In this document: positions 18,480 to 27,793 of the stretch, one piece after another | Layout: each line of letters opens with the position of its first letter | Numbering within the stretch: the first letter of the stretch is position 1 | Assembly: GCA_964618805.1 (NCBI GenBank) | Contig: CAZUBM010000020.1 | Span: forward strand, 1-36,217 | From: an uncultured Nitrososphaerota archaeon | GTDB lineage: Archaea; Korarchaeota; Korarchaeia; Korarchaeales; Korarchaeaceae | Reading direction: 5' to 3' | Length of the DNA stretch: 36,217 nucleotides | Notes under the pieces: model-generated | What the model was told of the DNA's origin: nothing | The model's input: only the letters and a program-made list of their open reading frames with translations | The model's database searches: none | Position numbers and translations under genes: made by a program

Positions 18480-18938
18480 TTAATCGGATCTACCCAGCAA
18501 ATAATCGAACAAATTCGAGATCATGCAAGCTATTACTACAAGCAAAATGTAAGAAATTCCCCCCTCTAAAAACCAGCCCCACCAAGGTGTGTCCGTCGCT
18601 CCATAAAGGAAAGCTTGCGATGCTTGGTAGGTACTTACGATGAGAGGATGGAAAATCATATAGAACCCAATTTGCTTAGACCCGCGCAATTTTAACCTTA
18701 TATTACTGAATAAAAAGGCCAAAAAAGAGGTCAGAATCCCCAATATGCTTACTAAAGATATTGGAAAGAGGATAGAGAGAGGCATAACCAAAGGATTAAG
18801 TGAAACCATTATCAGCTCTATTGGCCAGGGTAAAGCGTGCCATAAAGCATAATAGTAAAGGAAAAACACCGTAAACAATAGTAAATACGTAACAACCCAA
18901 GTTAATATCTGTCGCTTTGGCATTTCATCCAAGCGCAT
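18480..18938 (-). CDS. Hypothetical membrane protein (about 4 TM)
   Basis: 152-aa ORF with several hydrophobic stretches; no recognised motif. Confidence 0.6.
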   Translation of the reverse strand: MRLDEMPKRQILTWVVTYLLLFTVFFLYYYALWHALPWPIELIMVSLNPLVMPLSILFPISLVSILGILTSFLAFLFSNIRLKLRGSKQIGFYMIFHPLIVSTYQASQAFLYGATDTPWWGWFLEGGISYILLVVIACMISNLFDYLLGRSD

Positions 18939-19090
18939 CTACAATGCTTCTAGCCACTTCTTTAATTTAAATCCCGTTCTCGAAAGGAACCGGGTTGAAT
19001 TAATTTGCTTGAAAAAATCAGAGGTTAAACTGGAATTTTACAAATTATTTCATTAACCAAACCTAACTATTAAGCATCCCAGATGAGTCT

Positions 19091-20326
19091 CTAATGCCAC
19101 ATTGTACCAGACTCTTCTGCTTCATCGACTCTTGGTGATTCCTTCTTATCTTCTCTAACAAGCAAGAGGATAATTAAAGAACCGATGGCCGGCAGGATTC
19201 CAAAAATTCGTATTACGTTGGGAATTGGCATTATTGTTGCAAAGACGCCCGCCAAGAGGGACCCTAGGAATCTACCAGTACTGAACATTGTACCCAAAAA
19301 AGCGGATCCAAGCCCCCTAACTTCGGGCTCTAAGATTTCTGCAGCAATGGTTTGATCCGAGACGACTCTTGTTCCCCACGCAATTCCATGAATTGCCATT
19401 AGGATGAACAATAAGTGAAGGAACCTTAAACTGGGAATCGTTAAGTAGAATATTGATGAAATAACATAAGCCAGCAAAAGAAGTCTTTTTGGCTTTACTA
19501 TATCACATAATTTTCCTGAAGGCAACCTGCTGAGTGCATTAGCTAGCCCTCTAGCAGTATAAAGAAAGGAAATCGTGGATGCTGTTATTAACAGGTCTTT
19601 ATTAGCGTAAACTGGAAAGAGAGTTGCAAAAACAAAGTTTGATGTTGAGTAAAGTACCCTTCCAAGGCTTAATCCAACCAGACTCTTCGATTTTATCAAG
19701 CGCTTGATGCTGCTTAAAGTACTTAGGTTGCTCTTTATATTAGAGTTCGATCTAAGGGGCCTTGAAAGCCCTCCCTGAATTAGGATAATGAGGGCTATCA
19801 TGGGAAATAAGGATGTGATCAGAAACAATAGTCTGTAAGGTAGAAACTTAACGAGAATTCCTGTTAACAAAGTACCAAGAATCGTTGCGGTACCAAAGGA
19901 TGTAAAGTAAATCCCCATAGTCGTCCCCCTCTCCTTTGATGGAGCGAGATCCATCACAGCAGCCGTAGAAGAAGGCATGTAGGAAGCCATTGGAATAGAA
20001 AGTAGAAGAGCTGTTGGATAGAGCCAAACTATGCTCTTAACAACGGATAATAGCGCAAGTGCGATGGAGAAAGTTAACAACGAAAATAACATCACTACTT
20101 TTCGACCTAACCTATCTGAAATCATCCCAAAGGGAATTCTTAGTATAATTCCTGAGAAGGATGAAATAGCCATTATTAAACCAAGTTCAAGCTCTGATGC
20201 TCCCACTTCAACTATGTATAGCGGAAGTATCGGATTTATCATCGTGAAAGCTATCGAAAACACCAGAGTGACTACCATAAGTTGGTACAGCTCAAGCCTG
20301 GGGAAGGGATTGGAATCATATTTCAT
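19091..20326 (-). CDS. MFS transporter
   Basis: Motif A GMISDRLGRK, second-half GKLCDIVKPK, about 12 TMs. Confidence 0.92.
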   Translation of the reverse strand: MKYDSNPFPRLELYQLMVVTLVFSIAFTMINPILPLYIVEVGASELELGLIMAISSFSGIILRIPFGMISDRLGRKVVMLFSLLTFSIALALLSVVKSIVWLYPTALLLSIPMASYMPSSTAAVMDLAPSKERGTTMGIYFTSFGTATILGTLLTGILVKFLPYRLLFLITSLFPMIALIILIQGGLSRPLRSNSNIKSNLSTLSSIKRLIKSKSLVGLSLGRVLYSTSNFVFATLFPVYANKDLLITASTISFLYTARGLANALSRLPSGKLCDIVKPKRLLLLAYVISSIFYLTIPSLRFLHLLFILMAIHGIAWGTRVVSDQTIAAEILEPEVRGLGSAFLGTMFSTGRFLGSLLAGVFATIMPIPNVIRIFGILPAIGSLIILLLVREDKKESPRVDEAEESGTMWH

Positions 20327-20438
20327 GAGATTTCCCCTTTCCTCCTGAAAGGCCTTCTTTATATGTCAGATTTTCAAAAGAAAAAAGCTTGTTTCATATG
20401 AAAAGAGATCCAAGGACAACCGATTTTCCGGCGAGCAT

Positions 20439-20777
20439 TTACTCCTTCACATACGGAATTATGCACAGGAAAACCCATTCCTCGTTACCGATGTTTTTGT
20501 ACCAATGCGGAACGTTTGGCTCAATATAAGCGAAGTTCCCTTCACTAACCTCCTTTTCCTCATTTCCGGCTCCTATTAGTCCACGGCCTTTAAGCACAAA
20601 GATTTCATGCTCCCAGGGATGCTGATGCTTTGGTATAACAGCTCCAGGAGCAACCGTGAACATTCTCATAGCATAGTTCTTTGCCCCTTGATCCTTAGTA
20701 ATTAGCCACTGAACCCAAACGTTCTTTGCGATATCAACTTCCTCCTTTTGCACCTTGCTTATGTGGGAGACGTACAT
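20439..20777 (-). CDS. Cupin domain protein
   Basis: HQHPWEHEIFVLKGRG and IEPNVPH motifs; GAGGTGA SD before ATG 20777. Confidence 0.9.
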   Translation of the reverse strand: MYVSHISKVQKEEVDIAKNVWVQWLITKDQGAKNYAMRMFTVAPGAVIPKHQHPWEHEIFVLKGRGLIGAGNEEKEVSEGNFAYIEPNVPHWYKNIGNEEWVFLCIIPYVKE

Positions 20778-20806
20778 AAAATCACCTCTTAATCGCATTA
20801 CGGTGA

Positions 20807-20820
20807 CAATATAACTTTTG
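20807..20820 (-). promoter_or_regulatory. Putative BRE/TATA of the cupin gene
   Basis: CAAAAGTTATATTG about 30 nt upstream of ATG 20777. Confidence 0.5.
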
Positions 20821-21052
20821 CGGCTCTCGGGCAAACAGAAGAAGTCCTTATTATATAAAAAGAGGTAAATGGGTTTATCTATCTTTAATGAACTATAAGA
20901 GACACTGCATCAACCCACTATCGTCTCATAGTTTAGTACGTACGGAACATAGCATTTATCCATGCCTACAATTCAGATTTTAAAAAGTCATTAATACAAT
21001 CGTTTTCTTTATCTTATCTTGTAATCAATCATACGAAATCTCTGAGGAAACT

Positions 21053-21273
21053 TTGTCTCGATTGGAGAGGGAAATATTATCTGAAATATCTCGAGAAATC
21101 CCTTGGAAGCTTGTAGAGGAATTTGCTAAACTAGAAAAAGTCTCAGGGACTGAAGATGAGAAACTCAACTTATGAGAAATAGGAACAAATTCATTAGCAG
21201 CATTAGAAAAGCCATAAAGTTAGTTGAAGGTATTATAGAACTTATGCCTAGAAACCAACCGAAAAAGGCTTAA
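21053..21273 (+). pseudogene. Collapsed gene remnant, probably the N- and C-termini of an M28-like peptidase
   Basis: TTG 21053 gives LSRLEREILSEISREIPWKLVEEFAKLEKVSGTEDE, joined out of frame at about 21161 to TQLMRNRNKFISSIRKAIKLVEGII...TAA 21273. Family call is from recalled terminal sequence patterns only. Confidence 0.5.
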
Positions 21274-21360
21274 TTCTATTTCATTCTTCTTGAAAAAGAA
21301 GAAACCAAGGTATTAGAAAAAACATCATGATTAAGAAATCAACATACCTAGGATAAGGAG

Positions 21361-22206
21361 ATGAAAGCTAAATTCCAATGTGCCCTATGCGATTTTTCGA
21401 GAGGTTGGGAGACGATAAAAAGGGCTACTGAAGATGAAGAACTGAGGATAAAAGCAGCAGTCGAACTCTTTCGTTTCATGGCCAACGAGTTCTCCAACGA
21501 AGCTATCCCGGCATGGATTGGAAGCATGATAAGCAGGTTAATAAGAAAAGTTACTGGAAATCCCGATCCTTATAGGGAGATTAAAACAAGAGATAATGAA
21601 AGAGCCTTGAACCTTCTACCTTCCATAAGAGCTGCCGTGAATTCAAAAGCTACAAGCTATGAAAGGTTTAGAGAGGCGTGCAAGGCATCAGTTATAGGGA
21701 ATGCTGCAGAACCATATATCTTAGGCCATAAGTACGATGTATCTAGTGCAGTAAGCCTTCTCTCAAGCGAAGAATTTGCGATAGATCACACGCAAAGAGC
21801 ATACTCCCTTCTAAGGGGTAGAAGGGTGATATTAATAGCAGATAATGCTGGAGAAATAGCATTTGATATAGTTCTTGTAGAGCAGCTCAAGGAGCTTGGC
21901 TGCAATGTGGTGGTCGCAGTTAAGGAGAAACCAGTGCTGAACGATGCAACAGTGGAAGATGCGATTAAAGTAGGAATGGATAAGGTAGCTGACAAACTGA
22001 TAACTACAGGTTCAGATGTCATTGGTCTCTTCTTAAATGCAGTGTCAAAGGATTTCTTGGCCGAATTAAAGCTATGTGACTTCATTATAGCCAAAGGAAT
22101 GGGCTGCTATGAATCAATAACAGAACAGGAAATCGATAAGCCCGTCCTTATGCTGTTCAGGGTAAAATGTGAACCAGTCGCAGAAGATATTGGAGCGAAA
22201 AGATGA
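21361..22206 (+). CDS. DUF89/ARMT1-like damage-control phosphatase, possibly 9 aa short at the C-terminus
   Basis: CxxC start, DPYREIK, IGN, ADNAGEIAFD, LNDAT, AKGMGCYE, VKCEPVA. After TGA 22204-22206 the frame continues DNIALLLE to TAA 22233. Confidence 0.9.
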   Translation: MKAKFQCALCDFSRGWETIKRATEDEELRIKAAVELFRFMANEFSNEAIPAWIGSMISRLIRKVTGNPDPYREIKTRDNERALNLLPSIRAAVNSKATSYERFREACKASVIGNAAEPYILGHKYDVSSAVSLLSSEEFAIDHTQRAYSLLRGRRVILIADNAGEIAFDIVLVEQLKELGCNVVVAVKEKPVLNDATVEDAIKVGMDKVADKLITTGSDVIGLFLNAVSKDFLAELKLCDFIIAKGMGCYESITEQEIDKPVLMLFRVKCEPVAEDIGAKR

Positions 22207-22324
22207 GACAATATAGCCCTTCTCCTAGAGTAATAAGTACTCTTATGTTATTTCCTCTATTGAAGTATCTTCTAACAACTGATCTTCAGTAAAACGATAA
22301 AAAGTCGTTATGTGAAAAAAGGCT

Positions 22325-23520
22325 TTGGAAATGGATACCATAAATCCGACGAATAAAACAAATGGAAGGAGAAACCTGTGGACTCTAGCATCAATCGCCT
22401 TCATTAATGGCCTTTACATAGGCATGTTTACAGTAGTTCAGCAGCCCTTTATGCTAAAGCTAGGAGCATCGATGTCCCTCATAGGCCTCTTAATGAGCAT
22501 AGGAGGCGTAGGAGGAATCTTAACTACCATTGTACAACCAATCTCAGGCAGCCCTTCGGATGCCATAGGTAGAAAGCCTTTCCTGATAACAGCAAGAGTA
22601 CTGACGTTGACTGGGCTTTTCTCATACTTTCTTGCGTCAATAACCTACAATTGGCTGTTCCTTCTGCCCGCAACAGTGCTAGCAGGCATATCAGCGATAT
22701 CCTGGCCTGTCTGGATGCAACGGTGGCTGAATCTGTAGGACCTGGGGAAATGGGAATCGCCTATAGTCTCATGATGTTCTTCTCAACCCTTCCTGGGATA
22801 TTTACCAGGCCTTTGGGAGGCTATATTGCGGATAAGCACGGCTACACCCCTATTTTCCTTTTATCCATCATGCTAGAGTTTTTGTGTTTTTTGATCTTGC
22901 TTTTTCTATTCAGAGAAACAATAACCTCTAAGAGAGAAGGGATTAGCATTTCTGAGATCATAAAAGGATCTCTGATCCCACTAAGACCTGAATTGAGGCT
23001 TTACCTCCTTATAGCTCTAGATGCTTTCGTATGGGGATTAGTAATTTCAATCCTTCTCGGAATGCTTACGGACGCCTATAACCTATCTAATTTAGAATTA
23101 GGGGTCATGATGACAGTTTTCTCAGTTGTATGGACCTTTAGCCAGTTACCAGTTGGCAAGCTTATAGATAGATTCGGATCAAAGCCCTTTCTTCTCCTCT
23201 CCGAGGGTCTTGGAGTAATTGCCATGGTTCTATTCCTCAAATCCTATGATCTCATGGGACTATTAATTGCTCAAGGCGTGTGGGGCCTCTCAATGTCTAC
23301 ATGGACCCCCAGTCTCATGTCTTATATAGCAGGGAGATCGAATGAGAGAAGTAGGGCAGGCTCTATGGGTAAAATAAGTGCAATCAGGGGGATAATATCC
23401 TTTCCAGCCCCTACAGTTGGTGGAATCCTTTACGATAAATTTGGACTGCCAGGACCGATCTTACCGACGATCTTTGGCGGTCTCCTAGTTATGACCTTGA
23501 TGATGGAAATTCTGAAATGA
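22325..23520 (+). pseudogene. MFS transporter split by a 1-bp frameshift
   Basis: SDAIGRKP in ORF1 and GKLIDRFGSKP in ORF2. Adding one G at 22713-22714 gives continuous ISWPVWDATVAESV. Confidence 0.82.
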
Positions 23521-23559
23521 AAGACATCCGACCATTAACCTTTCATTTGGCTAAGAATT

Positions 23560-25512
23560 TTATCCAGATCCTTCCTCAATTTCTTTTAGCACTTCTAAGT
23601 CCTTTTCTATCAACGGTTTCAGTTTTTTGTAGAGTTCTGGGTTCTTCTCTCTGATCTCTTCAAGCTTAAACGTAGCATCAATTATCCTGTACTTATCTAC
23701 TCTAACCCAACTCCTGACTATGTGCTTCCTCAGCCAAGTCAAAACGATTCCGATCCGATCTATGAGATCAGAAAATACCGAAGATGTGGATTCAAGTAGC
23801 AAGAATGTCAGTTTTCTGATCCTAAGGGATATGAAGAAGTGGAGCAGGTAGACAGATCCGATGAATAACAGTATTATGTCTAACCTGTATGCAAGCCAAG
23901 TTCCTAGGGCCAATACCTCCGTTTTAAGGTTCTTAATCATAAGATATGACACAAAGGCCAGTATCCCGAAGAATAGGTCTATAACCAGGCCAATTCCAAC
24001 CAATGTGAAGACAAACCAACTTAGAACTATAAAGCTCAGACTGTAGATGAAGACCTGAGGCCTTATGAAGTAGAAGCTAAAAAGTATCAAGAGACATACG
24101 GAAGCGGTGGAAAGGGCCCTGAGAGTTCCCGCGAGAGTTAATTTGCCCCTGTACAACTTTAGTTCGGACAAAGCTATGATCGTTAGGGAGAAGAGGATGC
24201 CCGCATCTGCAACTTCTACCAGCATCTCTGAACTAAGAAGGGACATTAAAAAGAGCGTGAGAAGAGTGAATAGCCAACTGTACTGGGAGATCTTCTTAGG
24301 AACAATTTCATCATTTGCTAGTTCAGCTAAGTGCCTTGAAGCCGCTAAGTAAGATGGAGTGAGAGTAGTAACGGCTGCTAACATAAATATGGCAGAATTT
24401 AGGGCAACAGGGACATTACCTAACCTCTGGGCAACTTCCAAAGGAGGTATTTCTCCGGCAAGTTCAAATTTTGACAAAACCATAGAATAAACAAGGAATA
24501 TTCCGATGGAGATAAGAACTGTAGTTTCCATAGCAAGAGGAACGAACTTGCTCTTGTCTATTTTTCTTCCCAAAAACCTATCCTCAGTTTTAGTGTCAGC
24601 TACAAGGGCTTGAATTTCTTGAAAACCAAATAGAACCAAGTAGATGTACCCAGCCGTAAAGATAGTCTTTGAGAAATCGGGAATGATCATGATCCTCTCA
24701 ATTGGATCGTAATCTCCCGGCATCTTAAGGAAGAAGAAGACGGTACCAAAAAGCAGAGTAATGAAAGCGATTATGGAAATTATTTGTGCTTTCGCGACTT
24801 TTCTTTTCTCTTTGCTCTCATATCTTAGGAGAAAATACAACCAGTAAGTGAAAAGGATTCCGACTAGGGCCAAGACATGGTACTTCAAGAATCCTATGCC
24901 AGTCGCGCCAATTATATCAGGAAGATATCTCACAAGGAATTTGTAGAAGATAATGGCATTAAACGCGGCCAAAGCGGTGGTTCCTATCCACATGCTGAGC
25001 CTGCAGACAAAGTAAGCTGCTCCCTTACCAAATGCTTCTCTAACGAAAGCAGGCCCTCCAACAACAATCTTTCCCTTATTTAGTGATTCCTTGTACATTC
25101 TGCCGTAGCCTATAGCAAGCATCAGAGATACAAAGCCTGAGAGAATAGTGGCCCATAGGGTCGCAGAGGCGGAGAAGTTCTCGATAGCATAAGGGAGGAC
25201 AGTTAGCATGGATGCCCCCATTGTAGAACCCAAACCTGCTACGAGAAGCTCGAAGAATCCATAAATAGGCTCTACCTCTCTTGGGGCTCCAGCCAAAGCT
25301 GTTCTAGGAATTATGCCTGAAAGTATTTCCCTGAATAATACAGCAGTTCCAATTCCAAAGATAAGAGCTAAAGAACCTAGCAGGACCTTTGAGAGGGGCT
25401 CGATTGACTTAAGGAACAAAATTCCACTAACTAATGATCCAAAGAGTAGCAGGCAAAGCAGGCCAGTTAACATGTAGAGAGCTCTAAATCCTCTCCTGAT
25501 ACGAGCGATCAA
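23560..25512 (-). CDS. APC-superfamily amino acid permease with extra terminal TM segments
   Basis: GLGSTMGASM (TM1), GGPAFVREAFG, LFGFQEI (TM6), AASRHLAELANDEIVP motifs. Confidence 0.8.
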   Translation of the reverse strand: MIARIRRGFRALYMLTGLLCLLLFGSLVSGILFLKSIEPLSKVLLGSLALIFGIGTAVLFREILSGIIPRTALAGAPREVEPIYGFFELLVAGLGSTMGASMLTVLPYAIENFSASATLWATILSGFVSLMLAIGYGRMYKESLNKGKIVVGGPAFVREAFGKGAAYFVCRLSMWIGTTALAAFNAIIFYKFLVRYLPDIIGATGIGFLKYHVLALVGILFTYWLYFLLRYESKEKRKVAKAQIISIIAFITLLFGTVFFFLKMPGDYDPIERIMIIPDFSKTIFTAGYIYLVLFGFQEIQALVADTKTEDRFLGRKIDKSKFVPLAMETTVLISIGIFLVYSMVLSKFELAGEIPPLEVAQRLGNVPVALNSAIFMLAAVTTLTPSYLAASRHLAELANDEIVPKKISQYSWLFTLLTLFLMSLLSSEMLVEVADAGILFSLTIIALSELKLYRGKLTLAGTLRALSTASVCLLILFSFYFIRPQVFIYSLSFIVLSWFVFTLVGIGLVIDLFFGILAFVSYLMIKNLKTEVLALGTWLAYRLDIILLFIGSVYLLHFFISLRIRKLTFLLLESTSSVFSDLIDRIGIVLTWLRKHIVRSWVRVDKYRIIDATFKLEEIREKNPELYKKLKPLIEKDLEVLKEIEEGSG

Positions 25513-25515
25513 TCC

Positions 25516-25956
25516 CTATTCCTCCTCAACTAAGCCAAGTGCATGTAGTGTTTCACTTACATTTGAAAGACTAGTTATGCACATCACTAGAAGAGCTAAA
25601 CCTAAGAAGAAAGCCAAAAGACGCGTTCCTCTGATGCTAGCCGAGCTCAAGAGGTTTATGAAGCTAGCGATAACTGATTGAAATTCTTCCTCGGAGCTAG
25701 GGATGATTAAGATCAGTCCAAAGACCAAGAAGATGGCTGACAGAAACATCTGCATAAGTAGATAGAGAAAAGTCAAGAATCTATTTCTTTGCAGCATTGG
25801 ATGTCTGATTGCATAGAAAAACTCCTTTACAGCCTTGTCTTTTTCCAGCTCATCGATAACAATTGATAGCTTCGCTGGATCACCCTCTACATCGTCGAGA
25901 AGTGTCTTTGTGCTCTTCTTGAATTCTTCGATGGTCTTCTTTCTGAAATTTCTCAT
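25516..25956 (-). CDS. Hypothetical two-TM membrane protein
   Basis: Charged N-terminal helices followed by two hydrophobic segments; ends 3 bp before the APC start. Confidence 0.7.
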   Translation of the reverse strand: MRNFRKKTIEEFKKSTKTLLDDVEGDPAKLSIVIDELEKDKAVKEFFYAIRHPMLQRNRFLTFLYLLMQMFLSAIFLVFGLILIIPSSEEEFQSVIASFINLLSSASIRGTRLLAFFLGLALLVMCITSLSNVSETLHALGLVEEE

Positions 25957-26044
25957 ACCAGGGATGTCACATTAATCAATTTTAAATAAATCGGGAGAAG
26001 CGAAGGTTTGCCCTTCTTGCCTCATATGAGAGTATTTAATTATC

Positions 26045-26541
26045 ATGATTTTGCCAAAAGATATGGAAGTTTTTCAAGCGATCGTTAACAGAAGATCCAT
26101 TAGGAAGTACTTAGAAAAGCCCGTGGAAGAAGATAAGCTTCTAAAAGTATTAGAAGCTGCAAGATGGGCTCCTTCGTCAAGAAATAGCCAACCTTGGGCC
26201 TTTGTCGTTGTAAAAAGCAAAGAAACAAGGAAAAAACTTAAAGAACTTGCTTATGCCAGAGTTTTATTTTACAAGCTCCTGTAGTTATGATAGTGTGCTG
26301 TATAAGGGGTTCCAACTGGGTTAATATTGGGCTAACAATGCAGAACATTTGTCTTGAGTCATATGAGCTAGGTTTAGGTACATGCATAGTAGGATGGTTC
26401 GATAGAGAAAAGACAAAAGAACTGCTGGGAGTTCCAAATGATTGGGATGTAGCCTACCTTATACCGCTGGGTTATCCTGCAGAATTTCCTAGATCGAAGA
26501 GGAGAAAGTTGGAGGAAATCATTCATTGGGAGAGATGGTAA
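26045..26541 (+). pseudogene. Nitroreductase family protein split by a 1-bp frameshift
   Basis: RRSIRKY and APSSRNSQPW in ORF1; GLGTCIVG and LGYP in ORF2. Adding one G at 26255 gives AYGQSFILQAPVVMIVCC. Confidence 0.85.
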
Positions 26542-26762
26542 ATAACACAGCAAATGAGTTTTCACGTGAATTCCTTAAGGAAGGAATAAGAAGGGCACGA
26601 TGATATGGTATAATGCTAACTTTTGATAGAACCCCTTAAGACCCTTTATCTCAGCGCATTAAGCCAAATATAACCGAAAATTACTTACACAAATCGCATC
26701 TATATATCCAGCTGGGTGGTGTTTAAGAGCAATCGTCAATTAAGCTTAAACAGGGGAAATGC

Positions 26763-27746
26763 ATGGTATCTCTTCTTAATGAGCTTGTAGTCAAAGATCA
26801 CGTCATTAGAAATAGGATCGTGCTTCCTCCAATGGCAACAGAGTTGGCAAGCGAGGAAGGTAAGGTTACTGATGCACTAGTCAAACACTACAAACTTAGA
26901 TCAAGGGGAACGGGCATAGTTATTGTGGAACATACGTTCATCTCAAGGGAAGGAAGGCTCTCAAAAAACCAGCTAGGCATATACAGCGATGAGCTGGTTT
27001 CAGGGTTGAAGATGCTAGCAAAGGCGATAAGAAACGAGGGAGCTACAGCAATAATCCAAATTAACCATGCTGGAGCTAAGGCTTCTTCTGAGATCATCGG
27101 AAGAAAACCTGTAGGACCTTCTTCTGTCCGAGTACCAGGAAGCGAGGAAGTTCCAGAAGAACTTAGTGGAGAGGAGATAGAATGGATATTCGAGAAGTTT
27201 GCTAAAGCGGCAAACAGAGCAATGGAAGCAGGATTTGATGGAATCGAGATTCATGGAGCGCATGGTTTCCTGCTAAGCGAATTTCTTTCGCCTTTGACCA
27301 ATATGAGAACAGACGAGTATGGAGGTAGTTTGGAGAACAGGATGAGATTACACCTTAAGGTTGTTGATAGGGTAAGGAAGGACATAGATGGTCTCCTTTT
27401 CTTCAGGCTTGGGGCAGCGGACTATATGGAAGGAGGTCTTACGCTGGAAGAAGGAGTAAGGGTAGCTATAGCCCTTGAGAAACATGGAGTAGATGTTATA
27501 GATGTTTCTGGTGGTCTCTGTGGATCTAGACCCTCCTGGGCTAAGGGAGAAGAGTACTTCCTGAATCTATCTGAGGCTGTTCGGAGGAAAGTAAACATCC
27601 CAGTAATTGGAGTAGGAGGAATTAGGTCACCTTTCTTCGCTAACAAGTCCATAAAGGAGGGAAAAGCTGATCTCATAGCTATTGGCAGAGCTTTCTTAGC
27701 CGATCCTGATTGGGCTCTAAAGGCAATTGAAGCTTTAAGTGAATAG
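26763..27746 (+). CDS. NADH:flavin oxidoreductase (Old Yellow Enzyme family)
   Basis: NRIVLPPM, QINHAG, GFDGIEIHGAHGFLLSEFLSP, RTDEYGGSLENR, IGRAFLADPDW. Confidence 0.93.
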   Translation: MVSLLNELVVKDHVIRNRIVLPPMATELASEEGKVTDALVKHYKLRSRGTGIVIVEHTFISREGRLSKNQLGIYSDELVSGLKMLAKAIRNEGATAIIQINHAGAKASSEIIGRKPVGPSSVRVPGSEEVPEELSGEEIEWIFEKFAKAANRAMEAGFDGIEIHGAHGFLLSEFLSPLTNMRTDEYGGSLENRMRLHLKVVDRVRKDIDGLLFFRLGAADYMEGGLTLEEGVRVAIALEKHGVDVIDVSGGLCGSRPSWAKGEEYFLNLSEAVRRKVNIPVIGVGGIRSPFFANKSIKEGKADLIAIGRAFLADPDWALKAIEALSE

Positions 27747-27793
27747 GTGCTGATCCATCCAATAATTCAAGTTACAGCAATAGATGATGAGTT

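Noticed and set aside
18297-18643. Plus-strand ORFs 18297-18569 and 18368-18643
   Set aside because: AT-rich, mutually overlapping, motif-free, and conflict with the more plausible minus-strand membrane protein.
6265-22206. Genome-wide stop-codon reassignment (TAG at 6265, TGA at 22204)
   Set aside because: TAG ends apparently complete genes (27746, 34488) and TGA ends others (fen at 10351, nth at 31803); two isolated cases fit point mutations.
26559-26752. Palindromes TTCACGTGAA, TTCCTTAAGGAA and TGTTTAAG...CTTAAACA upstream of the OYE gene
   Set aside because: Unrelated to each other and short enough to arise by chance; no adjacent regulator to link them to.
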